Position numbers and translations under genes: made by a program. This document shows positions 46,434 through 55,438 of a DNA stretch of 64,000 nucleotides, piece after piece. The stretch's first letter is position 1. Every line of letters starts with the position of its first letter. The DNA comes from a virus: IMG/VR virus record IMGVR_UViG_3300021963_009993, positions 96,001 through 160,000 of that record; one strand, given 5' to 3'. Under the pieces are notes generated by a model. It saw nothing but the letters and a program-made list of their open reading frames with translations, did not search any database and was not told the origin of the DNA.

Positions 46434-47359
46434 TAAATTATCCAGCGCAACTTCCTCATTGGAAATCCTACTACTGTAGAAAATGCGAAGCTGTCTTTTT
46501 GTGAAAGCATTCTGTTAATGACTGATGCGTCTGCATAAAATCCTTCTGGTCCCGGTTCTCCCGGTCCTACTGGGCCGGAATGTGCATTTGCACCCCAAGA
46601 GTTGTCTATTCTACCATATTCTTTTCCATCTATTGTTGTAAAACCAGCTAGACACATGCAATGCGCCCAAGAGCCGCTAGCTCTTGCTATGCCATTTTCT
46701 CCTCTTCGCATAGAAAATCCTTGGTCGCTGGAGATTGCTATTCCATAGCCTTGTGAGAGTGCTTTTTTAGCTTGTTCCCAGTTTATTACTGGAACTATAT
46801 CTTGGACTGGATGTAATTTAATTTCTGGTTCTAAATCATTTGGAACACCGTTCCAACCCCAATCACGACACCTTGACTCTGAATATACTGACAAGTCATA
46901 TTTTCCATGTATACCTCTATTAATTATTCCATATTTTTTAACCCAGTCGGCAGCCCAAGCACCGATTGAACCATCGGATCTACCTAAACGCCTGCCACCA
47001 ATTTCAACTCTGCTGCCTCCGTAAACCGATTCTTCGACAGTTTTTTTAAACTCTTCTACTGCACCTTCAACTATTTGAACACATAGAGTATACTCTATTG
47101 CTCTACTTGTGCCAAAAGAAACACAACTGCCAATTTGTCCTTGATTTTGTGGTGGCAAAAGATTGCCTGTCGCTTTCTTAGCATAATCCCACAAATAAAA
47201 ATGATCTGGGACATCACCTTCAGCTAAGTTAAATGCAGGTGTTTCACCAAAACTTCTATAAGGTAGTGTTGATACTACTGCCTCAACTGCCTCTGGATCA
47301 TTAACCCATCCAAAAGCAACATCAGGTGGCAAGCTTTCGTTTTCTTCGTAATTATCCAT
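46433..47359 (-). CDS. Papain-like (C1) cysteine peptidase
   Basis: QNQGQIGSCVSFG (Cys), WAHCM (His), IDNSWG (Asn). Confidence 0.85.
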   Translation of the reverse strand: MDNYEENESLPPDVAFGWVNDPEAVEAVVSTLPYRSFGETPAFNLAEGDVPDHFYLWDYAKKATGNLLPPQNQGQIGSCVSFGTSRAIEYTLCVQIVEGAVEEFKKTVEESVYGGSRVEIGGRRLGRSDGSIGAWAADWVKKYGIINRGIHGKYDLSVYSESRCRDWGWNGVPNDLEPEIKLHPVQDIVPVINWEQAKKALSQGYGIAISSDQGFSMRRGENGIARASGSWAHCMCLAGFTTIDGKEYGRIDNSWGANAHSGPVGPGEPGPEGFYADASVINRMLSQKDSFAFSTVVGFPMRKLRWII

Positions 47360-48062
47360 TTAAACCTCCCAATACTTTAGTTACTCTTGCAAATGTATCT
47401 TTGCATTTTTTTCTTAATTCTGGCGTTAGTTGTGCGTTTGGATCAGTACCTAATACTTTGTCTAGTTCATCAGCCAAAACTTCACGCACGGGAAGAATTT
47501 TATCACCTTTCAATGATTGCACAGAAGCAGACCTGACTGCTTGATAAAGATCGCCAAGTGTTTTGTAACTAGTATTGTCTGACTCAATTACACCTAATTC
47601 ATAAGCCTGTTTTAATCTTCTAACACTTTCAGCTTTGTCTGACTCTTGTAGACCACCATAAATACCTTTTACAGCATCAAACAATGGATCTACGACAGGT
47701 GGATTTGGGTCTGGATTTGGTGGTACTGGAACTGGAGGGTTTGGATTAGGGGCAGGATTCCCTACTATAATAGTTGTAAAAGCTGGTTGTGATGGGACAT
47801 TATTCAAACAAGTATAAGCAAGGAGTCTGTATCTGCCTTCTTTGCTTGCTACAACAACAGTAGTTTTTTTGTCAACAAGTAAATTGCTTGGAAAAACATT
47901 TAAGCCGGGATCTAGTGAGACAAAAACTACTGTCTCACCTTTGGTTGTTGCTGTTACAGGAACAAATGCTGACACTTGAGCCTGAACTGTTTGTGGCAAA
48001 ACAAGGTCTACTTGTTGATTTGTTACACAAATAATCAATCCAATAAAAAAACTTTTAAACAT
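47352..48062 (-). CDS. Exported protein with Pro-rich linker, coupled to the C1 peptidase
   Basis: Hydrophobic N-terminus, beta domain, PAPNPNPPVPVPPNPDPNPP linker, helical C-terminus. Confidence 0.6.
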   Translation of the reverse strand: MFKSFFIGLIICVTNQQVDLVLPQTVQAQVSAFVPVTATTKGETVVFVSLDPGLNVFPSNLLVDKKTTVVVASKEGRYRLLAYTCLNNVPSQPAFTTIIVGNPAPNPNPPVPVPPNPDPNPPVVDPLFDAVKGIYGGLQESDKAESVRRLKQAYELGVIESDNTSYKTLGDLYQAVRSASVQSLKGDKILPVREVLADELDKVLGTDPNAQLTPELRKKCKDTFARVTKVLGGLNG

Positions 48063-48205
48063 GTTTTCACCTTTTAAGAGTATTCAAAATAATAGAATAA
48101 TACTAACAAAATTATTTTTGGTATAAAATATTCCAAATGTATTAAAGTAATTAATTTGTGACTATATCTAATAATAGTTCTTTTAATTTAACAAAGGAGA
48201 TTTAC

Positions 48206-48547
48206 ATGGGAGCTACATCAGTAACAGGAAAAGGTCCAGGTTCCGCAGAAGGTCTAAATCGTGGCGCAGCTCGCCAGACATTGGGTGCTGGTCATCTAAT
48301 TGGCGCACACATTGTTGCAGCTGGCTCAGTAGCTTTGGTTGCTGGTTCAGCCGTAGTTGCACTTGGCGAACTAGTTGAAGGCGTTACCAATTATTCTTGC
48401 CATGTCACAAATAATAGTGACGCTGACGCTGTCTTTTGCTCTTTGGCAGCAGCAGTTTCTCCTAACACCGGAGTAGTTCTTACCATTACTGGTACTGCTA
48501 CCGATACTGTTTCTTACATGGTTGTAAGAAACGGCGTAACCCTCTAA
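48206..48547 (+). CDS. Small Gly/Ala/Val-rich putative virion protein
   Basis: AAAGGAG RBS; MGATSVTGKGPGSAEG; followed by a terminator. Confidence 0.5.
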   Translation: MGATSVTGKGPGSAEGLNRGAARQTLGAGHLIGAHIVAAGSVALVAGSAVVALGELVEGVTNYSCHVTNNSDADAVFCSLAAAVSPNTGVVLTITGTATDTVSYMVVRNGVTL

Positions 48548-48567
48548 TATCGTTACTAAAATAAAGG

Positions 48568-48604
48568 AAGCGCACTTGTAGTAATTTGCAAGTGCGCTTT
48601 TTTA
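48568..48604 (+). terminator. Intrinsic terminator
   Basis: AAGCGCACTTG / CAAGTGCGCTT followed by a T-run. Confidence 0.8.
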
Positions 48605-48608
48605 ATAT

Positions 48609-49700
48609 ATGCAGTATTTGATAATAGGTTCAGGCTTATATGGAAGTACGGTAGCTAGAATTCTTGCTGATTTTGGCGAAAAAGTATTATTAATAGATAA
48701 AAGAAACCACATTGGTGGTAATTGTTATACGGAAAAAATAGATGGAATAGATGTCCATAAGTATGGACCGCATTGCTTTCATACAAATTCAGAAAAAGTT
48801 TGGCAGTTTTTAAATCGTTTCACAAAATTTAATGACTTTAAATTGCAAGTAAAAGTAAATTACAATAATAAAATATATTCATTTCCCATAAACTTGTTCA
48901 CTTTGAATCAGCTGTATAAGATACAAAATCCCAAGGAAGCAAAAGCCTTCTTTAAGAAGAAAAAAAAATTAAACATTCAAAACAATTTTGAAGAATATAT
49001 TATCAGTAATTTAGGCGAGGAAATTTATCATTTATTTTACAAAGGTTATACCAAGAAACAATGGGGTAAAGATCCAGCTGATCTGGATGTTTCATTGGCA
49101 AAAAGAATACCAATACGACTAGATTACAACGATTTTTATTTCACAGACAAATATCAAGGAGTGCCTGTAGATGGCTATACGAAAATGTTTGAAAACATGT
49201 TGGATCATCCAAACATAAAAGTTCAATTAGATTGCGATTATTTTGAAAATAAAAAAGATTTTATAAATCATAAAAAAGTTTATAGTGGTAAAATAGATGA
49301 ATTTTTTGATTACAAACATGGATTTTTAGAATACAGATCATTAAAGTTTGATATTAAAAAGTTCAAGAAAACATATCAAGGAAATTCAATAATTAATTAT
49401 TGCAATGAAAGTGTGCCATACACAAGGATTACAGAACACAAATACTTCTCGCAGTCAAACAAGGAAAATACGGTTGTTTCATTTGAATATTCGGTGAATC
49501 ATACAGATAAAAATATACCTTTTTATCCCATGATGGATCAAAAAAATAAGGAAAGTTTTCAGAAGTACTGGGATGATGCACGAAAAGAAAATGTTTTGTT
49601 TGGAGGAAGGTTGGGTAGATATACTTATTTAAATATGGATCAAGTTGTTGCTATGGCTATGAAAGATTGTGAGGAAAAATTATGTCAGAGGAAAATTTAG
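48609..49700 (+). CDS. glf: UDP-galactopyranose mutase
   Basis: YLIIGSGLYG FAD motif, HIGGNCY, HKYGPHCFHTN, YTKKQWG, GRLGRYTYLNMDQ. Confidence 0.95.
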   Translation: MQYLIIGSGLYGSTVARILADFGEKVLLIDKRNHIGGNCYTEKIDGIDVHKYGPHCFHTNSEKVWQFLNRFTKFNDFKLQVKVNYNNKIYSFPINLFTLNQLYKIQNPKEAKAFFKKKKKLNIQNNFEEYIISNLGEEIYHLFYKGYTKKQWGKDPADLDVSLAKRIPIRLDYNDFYFTDKYQGVPVDGYTKMFENMLDHPNIKVQLDCDYFENKKDFINHKKVYSGKIDEFFDYKHGFLEYRSLKFDIKKFKKTYQGNSIINYCNESVPYTRITEHKYFSQSNKENTVVSFEYSVNHTDKNIPFYPMMDQKNKESFQKYWDDARKENVLFGGRLGRYTYLNMDQVVAMAMKDCEEKLCQRKI

Positions 49701-49957
49701 GAAAAAAGAGATTTGAAACCAAGGTGGTTATGGGAAAAAATGGAATGCTTGAAAGACAGATATTTATTGGTGGAGAACTACTTGACTGGGGTGTGGACTT
49801 ATCCTCATTCATGGAAGCCAAGAAAATGGGACCGCAGTATATGAAAGCTATTCAGATGGACATAGCCAAACATTTTGCTGCTAGTGTTTCTGAAGTGCTT
49901 GGCAGACATGTCAGTATGGAAGAGATTTCAGAAGCGACAAAAACTGGCTGGATTTAA
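49682..49957 (+). CDS. Hypothetical protein
   Basis: 91-aa ORF overlapping the end of glf; GAGG RBS. Confidence 0.6.
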   Translation: MSEENLGKKRFETKVVMGKNGMLERQIFIGGELLDWGVDLSSFMEAKKMGPQYMKAIQMDIAKHFAASVSEVLGRHVSMEEISEATKTGWI

Positions 49958-50730
49958 TTTCCAAGCAAGTCAGACATTTCCAAATAATCTATTATGATTG
50001 ATGGCTTTGTTTTCTTATCATCAAAAATAAAATCTAATTTTTCTTTATTTTGATTCAACAATTTTTTGAATAATTTTATAGATTTAAATAAACTAATTGA
50101 ATTTGCAGCATAAGATTTTCCCTCGATATCAAATTTTTTGATACCTTGAACTATGCCGATTACTTTATTTTTATGAAACAAAGGGCCACCGGAATCTCCG
50201 GGCACAATAAATATTGATGTCCTATAGTTTTCAAGTTTCTGAATACTTTCGGAAATGCCAGTTATTTTTCCTTCTGCATATCTAGCTGGTTCACTTAACC
50301 CAAATCCAATTGAAAATACATTTTCATGTAAATCTGGGGTATGATCCCAATCCAACAAAACTTCATTCATTTTTTTGTTTGAAAGATAAGCTAATATTGA
50401 TATGTCATCATCTTTATCTTTTGCAAGTTCTATTGCTTTATTTTTTGTTTGATTTTTAGTATACCACTTATCTTGATATTCAATTGAATTAATTTCAATA
50501 CTATCAGCAGTTAATATGTGTTCACATGAAAATACTATATTAAGATATAAATTATCATTATATTTTAATGATTTCACAATGAAACCTGTTCCAGATGATT
50601 TTTGATCAGAAACAACTAGGACTGTTGGATAATGGCATTTAGAAAGATATTCATCATCAGATTGACAAAATGCGAAAGTTGAAATCAAGGTTGTGATTAA
50701 GATAATTATTTTTATTGTGTTTTTTATCAT
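49954..50730 (-). CDS. Exported trypsin-like (S1) serine protease
   Basis: Signal peptide; GTGF, SCEHI (His), DDISIL (Asp), PGDSGGPL (Ser). Confidence 0.88.
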   Translation of the reverse strand: MIKNTIKIIILITTLISTFAFCQSDDEYLSKCHYPTVLVVSDQKSSGTGFIVKSLKYNDNLYLNIVFSCEHILTADSIEINSIEYQDKWYTKNQTKNKAIELAKDKDDDISILAYLSNKKMNEVLLDWDHTPDLHENVFSIGFGLSEPARYAEGKITGISESIQKLENYRTSIFIVPGDSGGPLFHKNKVIGIVQGIKKFDIEGKSYAANSISLFKSIKLFKKLLNQNKEKLDFIFDDKKTKPSIIIDYLEMSDLLGN

Positions 50731-50769
50731 TTTAATTCTTGTGTGTGAGTATTAACTATATTAGATTGT

Positions 50770-50982
50770 ATGACAAAGAAAAATTGTTATTTTATAGTAG
50801 AAAAATCTGAAATTAATGGAAAAGAAAAGATGACACCGCTGTGTTTAAAATGCAGAGATGAGAAATTTCCAGATCGTGGGTGGTATTGGGAAGGCAAAAA
50901 AAATGGCTATGGTCCTTTTCTTATTAAATGCAAATATTGCCAAGAGATTATACATGATCCAAAATCAAAAGGTGAGTTATGA
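50770..50982 (+). CDS. Small zinc-finger-like protein
   Basis: CLKC...CKYC. Confidence 0.55.
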   Translation: MTKKNCYFIVEKSEINGKEKMTPLCLKCRDEKFPDRGWYWEGKKNGYGPFLIKCKYCQEIIHDPKSKGEL

Positions 50983-51647
50983 TAGATAGATTGCTTGAAA
51001 GTCACGATCTGAGAAAAATTAATATTGATGACAAGGGAAAGAAAGCTTTGCAAGAAGTTTTTGCAAATCAGGAAGAATACATTGAAATAATTGATGACAA
51101 AGTAAGTGTGCTAGGAATAAAACCTCCTAATTCCACAGAAATAATACATACTAGATGTCCTCAAAGCACAGCCTATCTTCGATTTCTTAGAGATGAAATT
51201 TTTAAATTAGACGAGCTTTTTAATAGCAGATATAGATCAAACAAACAGTTTCTCGGTTGTGTTAGCGAAACTATATTTGGAGATTACATACTTAGTAAAT
51301 TAGGTGAAATAAATGTAAAAAGCTCAGTCTTCAAAAATAAGTTGAATTTATTAAGAGAAAAGTTTAAAAAGATAAGCAAAAGACTTCAGGGTGTGTTTAT
51401 TTCTAATGAGGATATGAAAGAAATAATAAATGGATTTGATTCAAGAAAAAGTATTTTTGTCACAAAGCTTAAAAAGCAATTCGATGAACAGAGTCTGCAA
51501 TGGGTTAAAGATGTAAAAAAAGCCAGCATTGTAGTATTTTGTCATGATTGCAAAACTACATTTGATTTTTTGAAATCAAATCATTTTGACAAGATGAAAA
51601 TTGGTCGTTCCAAAAACAAAAACATATGGATAAGAAATAGTCTTTAA
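50979..51647 (+). CDS. Hypothetical protein
   Basis: 222 aa; ATGA coupling. Confidence 0.5.
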   Translation: MIDRLLESHDLRKINIDDKGKKALQEVFANQEEYIEIIDDKVSVLGIKPPNSTEIIHTRCPQSTAYLRFLRDEIFKLDELFNSRYRSNKQFLGCVSETIFGDYILSKLGEINVKSSVFKNKLNLLREKFKKISKRLQGVFISNEDMKEIINGFDSRKSIFVTKLKKQFDEQSLQWVKDVKKASIVVFCHDCKTTFDFLKSNHFDKMKIGRSKNKNIWIRNSL

Positions 51648-51649
51648 AT

Positions 51650-51657
51650 TATAAATA
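51650..51657 (+). promoter_or_regulatory. T4-type late promoter TATAAATA
   Basis: Perfect consensus, 4 nt before ATG 51662, heading four capsid-targeting-motif genes. Confidence 0.6.
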
Positions 51658-51661
51658 GAGT

Positions 51662-51880
51662 ATGGTTAGTTTTTTAAAATGGCTTATGGAAGACAATGGT
51701 GCTGTTGCTGGTACTTATCAAAATGATGAGTTGCTTCAAAGCAGGGTAAACAGCAAATATCTTGCAGTTGTCAACAAAAAAGACATGGTTGATAAAACAG
51801 CTGAATGTCTATTTGCTGGCATGTGTGAGAAGAAGCCAAAGAAAAAATTCACATATATGCGGGTTGCTGAAGAATTATGA
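51662..51880 (+). CDS. Small protein with capsid-targeting-like N-terminus
   Basis: MVSFLKWLMED. Confidence 0.6.
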   Translation: MVSFLKWLMEDNGAVAGTYQNDELLQSRVNSKYLAVVNKKDMVDKTAECLFAGMCEKKPKKKFTYMRVAEEL

Positions 51881-52191
51881 TTACATTTTCAAGTCTAAAT
51901 GAGAATATGGATTATAATAAAAAGCTTGCCAGACAGCAAGATGATGGAAAATGTATTGAATCTATAGCTCATGGTTTGAAAATAGATGAGGATTTTTGGA
52001 AAAAGTTTTTGATGTTAACAAGAAATCCAGAGTCAACAGCAAAGCTTTTAAATGTTTCACCTGAAAAAGTTAAGTCTTGGCATTCAAGAATCAAAGAATA
52101 TACTAGAAAATTTTATGAAAATGAAACAGAGATAGAAATAAACAAAAAAAGAAAATTGGTAAACACAGACGATTTTGAAAAGTTTTTTTAA
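51877..52191 (+). CDS. Small protein with capsid-targeting-like N-terminus and possible HTH
   Basis: MITFSSLNE; TAKLLNVSPEKVKSWH resembles an HTH. Confidence 0.55.
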   Translation: MITFSSLNENMDYNKKLARQQDDGKCIESIAHGLKIDEDFWKKFLMLTRNPESTAKLLNVSPEKVKSWHSRIKEYTRKFYENETEIEINKKRKLVNTDDFEKFF

Positions 52192-52199
52192 GAGGAACA

Positions 52200-52532
52200 A
52201 TGATAAATTTTACTCAATGGCAAAAACAAAAGTTAAATGAAGATGTTGATTTAGCTGGTCCCTTGACTGCTACATCCAGTATGGTTTCTATCAAAAAATT
52301 ACCATCGTCATTGCGAAAAGTTCTTGTAAAACTAAAAGATTCTGTTGACCGAGAAGGTGGTGTTGATAACAAGAGAGCATTTTTAGTTCAAGCTATTGAG
52401 GATGCAGGCTATCAAGATGAAGGTGTTAAGTCTGCTCTACAACAGTTAAAAGATGACTTCAGATGGATTTTATCACACTTAAAACAAGATAATTTTACCG
52501 ATGAAGAACTAAATACTGAAGAACCAAAGTGA
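52200..52532 (+). CDS. Small protein with capsid-targeting-like N-terminus
   Basis: MINFTQWQKQKLNED; GAGGA RBS. Confidence 0.6.
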   Translation: MINFTQWQKQKLNEDVDLAGPLTATSSMVSIKKLPSSLRKVLVKLKDSVDREGGVDNKRAFLVQAIEDAGYQDEGVKSALQQLKDDFRWILSHLKQDNFTDEELNTEEPK

Positions 52533-52539
52533 GGATAAA

Positions 52540-52845
52540 ATGACACTAAGCAAATTCAATTTATGGCGTGAGAGTAATGAAGTTGCCCCAGCTATGAATA
52601 TGCAGCAACCACAAGTACCTGCACAAGGTGTAACTCCTGTTCAACCAGCTGACGATATGCCAAAATTTATAGAAAACTTAGCTGGAATCATTGAGAAGAA
52701 GCTTTCTTCAAAGAACTCCCTAAATCATCAAACAATAACAGACTTTTTAAATAAGATAAGCCAGACATTGATGAGCAAAGTTTCTGGTGGCAAATTAACT
52801 AGTAGTGATATAAGACAGGTTACAAATACATTAAAGGGAATGTAA
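52540..52845 (+). CDS. Small protein with capsid-targeting-like N-terminus
   Basis: MTLSKFNLWRESNE; GAGGA RBS. Confidence 0.6.
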   Translation: MTLSKFNLWRESNEVAPAMNMQQPQVPAQGVTPVQPADDMPKFIENLAGIIEKKLSSKNSLNHQTITDFLNKISQTLMSKVSGGKLTSSDIRQVTNTLKGM

Positions 52846-52848
52846 TTA

Positions 52849-53913
52849 ATGTCTTCACAAAGGATTGACAATACAAGACAAGAATTATCAGACATTAAAA
52901 AATGTTTGTTTGAATCTGCCAAAACCACAGTTGACAAAGTGAATGCTGCTATTGGCAACAATAACAAAAATAAAATAGTTTTTAAATCAAGAAATCTTCC
53001 AACTGTAGAACACATGAGGAAGGCTCTTGAGTTAAACAAGCATAAAAAAACCATAAATGAAATTATTCAAAAAGTAATTGATACTGATCAAAATATTTAT
53101 TTAAACTTTGGTGGTGTTGGAGATCTAATTCTCCTATTAGCAGAATGTTACAAAGACAAAAATTCTATAGTTGTATTTTTTTGCAACGGGCATTCAAAGA
53201 CATTTGCAGAAGAAATACTTGAATTTTTTAACATTGATTATCATATTCATGACAATATCATGGGTACAAGAATGGCAAATGTAGTTTATGATACATTCTA
53301 TTCTACAGGTAGATTGAAACAATCAGCACATTTGTCGGAAGGATTGAATTTTAATGACTGGAAGGGTAGAGAAAACTTCTACCAACAGAATATGGTTTTA
53401 GAAACAGATTGGATTAATCATTTTGGAAGTATCTCTGAATTGAAAAACAAAAAGAATCTTGTAATTTGCCCCTGTGGCTCATTTAAATCAAGCCATACTC
53501 AAAGGTATATTAGTGCAGAAGAATATACCAGAATAGTAAACTGTTATCTTGAAAAAGGTTATAACATCTTTGCTACAGGTGGTGAGAAGGAAAAACAGTC
53601 TTTTCCTCAATTGCCCAACAAATCTTGCTATTGGATGACTACTGAAAAAATATACGATTCTAATGGCAAAATCACTCCTATAACCATCTCTACATTTTTT
53701 AAATATATTAATTCCGCATCTGAAGTAATTTCTATGGACACATGGTTAAAAAGCTACAGCGCACTAGCTGGCATCCCTACAAAGGTAATATTAAGTAGGA
53801 GAAATGGCAGATATATGAATTATGGTGAGGCTGTCGATAATTACATGTTTTTAAACAAAAATTTGTGGAAACATATGGATTTGGTAAAAGTAGAAGATTT
53901 ATTGGTGGTTTAG
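52849..53913 (+). CDS. GT9-like glycosyltransferase
   Basis: FGGVGDLILL, VICPCGS and ASEVISMDTWLKSYSALAGIPTKV. Confidence 0.65.
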   Translation: MSSQRIDNTRQELSDIKKCLFESAKTTVDKVNAAIGNNNKNKIVFKSRNLPTVEHMRKALELNKHKKTINEIIQKVIDTDQNIYLNFGGVGDLILLLAECYKDKNSIVVFFCNGHSKTFAEEILEFFNIDYHIHDNIMGTRMANVVYDTFYSTGRLKQSAHLSEGLNFNDWKGRENFYQQNMVLETDWINHFGSISELKNKKNLVICPCGSFKSSHTQRYISAEEYTRIVNCYLEKGYNIFATGGEKEKQSFPQLPNKSCYWMTTEKIYDSNGKITPITISTFFKYINSASEVISMDTWLKSYSALAGIPTKVILSRRNGRYMNYGEAVDNYMFLNKNLWKHMDLVKVEDLLVV

Positions 53914-54311
53914 GGAGGCCAAGGATCACCCCATCTGTTGCAAGGTTTATTGGCTCTGATTTTCCAATAAATTTGTCTTTCGTAATATTCTTTAGCGGTA
54001 TTTAATGCTTCTATTTCTGTTAGAAGGTCATATTCGTTATACAAACCATTAAGTGTATCTTCATACAAAAATGTTACTTGATTTATTGTGTTGAGATTAT
54101 TTACGACACGAACTCTTTTTATAACTACTTTTTCAAGCTTGCCTTTTTTGGCAGTCTGTTTTACAAAACAAACATCGCCTATTCTCCACCTATGATAGTA
54201 TCTTGGTATCAACAAATACCAAGCACAACCACGAATAGTAATTGTTCCGCTTCCCGTGTAACAGAAATTTGCAAGACAAGGTGCTGGAGTTGTTGTGGTT
54301 GTGGTTGACAT
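53910..54311 (-). CDS. Small protein with YTGSG motif and SH3-like domain
   Basis: MSTTTTTTPAPC, NFCYTGSG, RWRIGDVCFV...LLTEIEA. Confidence 0.5.
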   Translation of the reverse strand: MSTTTTTTPAPCLANFCYTGSGTITIRGCAWYLLIPRYYHRWRIGDVCFVKQTAKKGKLEKVVIKRVRVVNNLNTINQVTFLYEDTLNGLYNEYDLLTEIEALNTAKEYYERQIYWKIRANKPCNRWGDPWPP

Positions 54312-54700
54312 TAGTTCACCCCAAATTTATTTGACAATAGATTGTTTATTTGATCTATCATTGCCATGTCTTGCTGTATTGATTGTTGATTCTGTTCAAA
54401 AAATAGAATCTGTGCTTCTCCTATGGTTAACAATTCTGGTTCACTATAGATTTGTATAGTATCAGTTGATGTTCTTACTGTATAGTAAACTCCTGTAGTA
54501 TCGTTGGTAACTGTTTGTATTTGAACTGTCTCTCTGGTTGCTGCCACAACAACAAACTGATTTATATAAAATTTTACATCTTGTACGCCGGAAAAATTGG
54601 TAGTTACTCCAGCCTGACCCCAAAGTAATATATTTCCCGAACCAGTATAGTTAAAACTGCGTCTTCTTCTTCTGGTCAGATAATATTGTGTAATTAACAT
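54311..54700 (-). CDS. Likely paralog of 53910-54311
   Basis: SFNYTGSG, KFYINQFVVV...ELLTIGEA. Confidence 0.5.
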   Translation of the reverse strand: MLITQYYLTRRRRRSFNYTGSGNILLWGQAGVTTNFSGVQDVKFYINQFVVVAATRETVQIQTVTNDTTGVYYTVRTSTDTIQIYSEPELLTIGEAQILFFEQNQQSIQQDMAMIDQINNLLSNKFGVN

Positions 54701-54740
54701 ATATCATTATTTATTTAGGATATTGCAAAAACACAAATAA

Positions 54741-55406
54741 TTAAGCATCTCCTTCAAATCCAAATATTGTAGCATGCATATTTACTGCTGTGGTTCCGCT
54801 TTGGGTTTGATGTATTCCTCTTACACCTATAGTTTCGCCTACTACAGCTGACAATATAGGATTATTAAAATTTATGTGTACATTTGGATTATTTGGACTT
54901 CCGTTCAAATACATGATTGGCAAATTTTGTGTTCCATCATTTATGTATAATTCATATACAGTAGATCCACTATCAGCTTGGAAATAATTATTATTATAAG
55001 CATTACTGCTAGCTGAAAACCCAGTAATAAAATATTGTGTATTTGGTGAAACAACATGACTTACTATGTCTGTTTGCGTGTTATAAGCGACACCACTCAC
55101 CGTGCTACTTACATTGAAGTAACCTTCTGGCAAGACAGGCAGATTTCTTGTTATTAACCCGTATTCAGCACCATTAAGAAGCGTTGTGTTTTTAACACGC
55201 ACAATTTCATCATAGTTTTGATCACCAGCTAATAAAATTCTTGTTCTGCGTACCAAATTAAAAGGAGGTGCAGGGGTTGTACCACCAGAAACTGGTGGTA
55301 ATTCCATTAATGTTTCATCAAGCCTTGAGCCAAGCTCCTGACCTGCTGGTGGAACATAATCAAGCTGGGTTGCTACATTTATTCTATTGTTTATTGGATC
55401 TGGCAT
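54741..55406 (-). CDS. Putative virion structural protein
   Basis: AGAGG RBS; minus-strand TATAAATA at 55429-55436; beta-rich C-terminus. Confidence 0.45.
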   Translation of the reverse strand: MPDPINNRINVATQLDYVPPAGQELGSRLDETLMELPPVSGGTTPAPPFNLVRRTRILLAGDQNYDEIVRVKNTTLLNGAEYGLITRNLPVLPEGYFNVSSTVSGVAYNTQTDIVSHVVSPNTQYFITGFSASSNAYNNNYFQADSGSTVYELYINDGTQNLPIMYLNGSPNNPNVHINFNNPILSAVVGETIGVRGIHQTQSGTTAVNMHATIFGFEGDA

Positions 55407-55428
55407 AATTACCTCTTATTATAATATA

Positions 55429-55436
55429 TATTTATA
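55429..55436 (-). promoter_or_regulatory. T4-type late promoter TATAAATA on the minus strand
   Basis: TATTTATA on the plus strand inside a 32-bp divergent gap. Confidence 0.55.
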
Positions 55437-55438
55437 AC

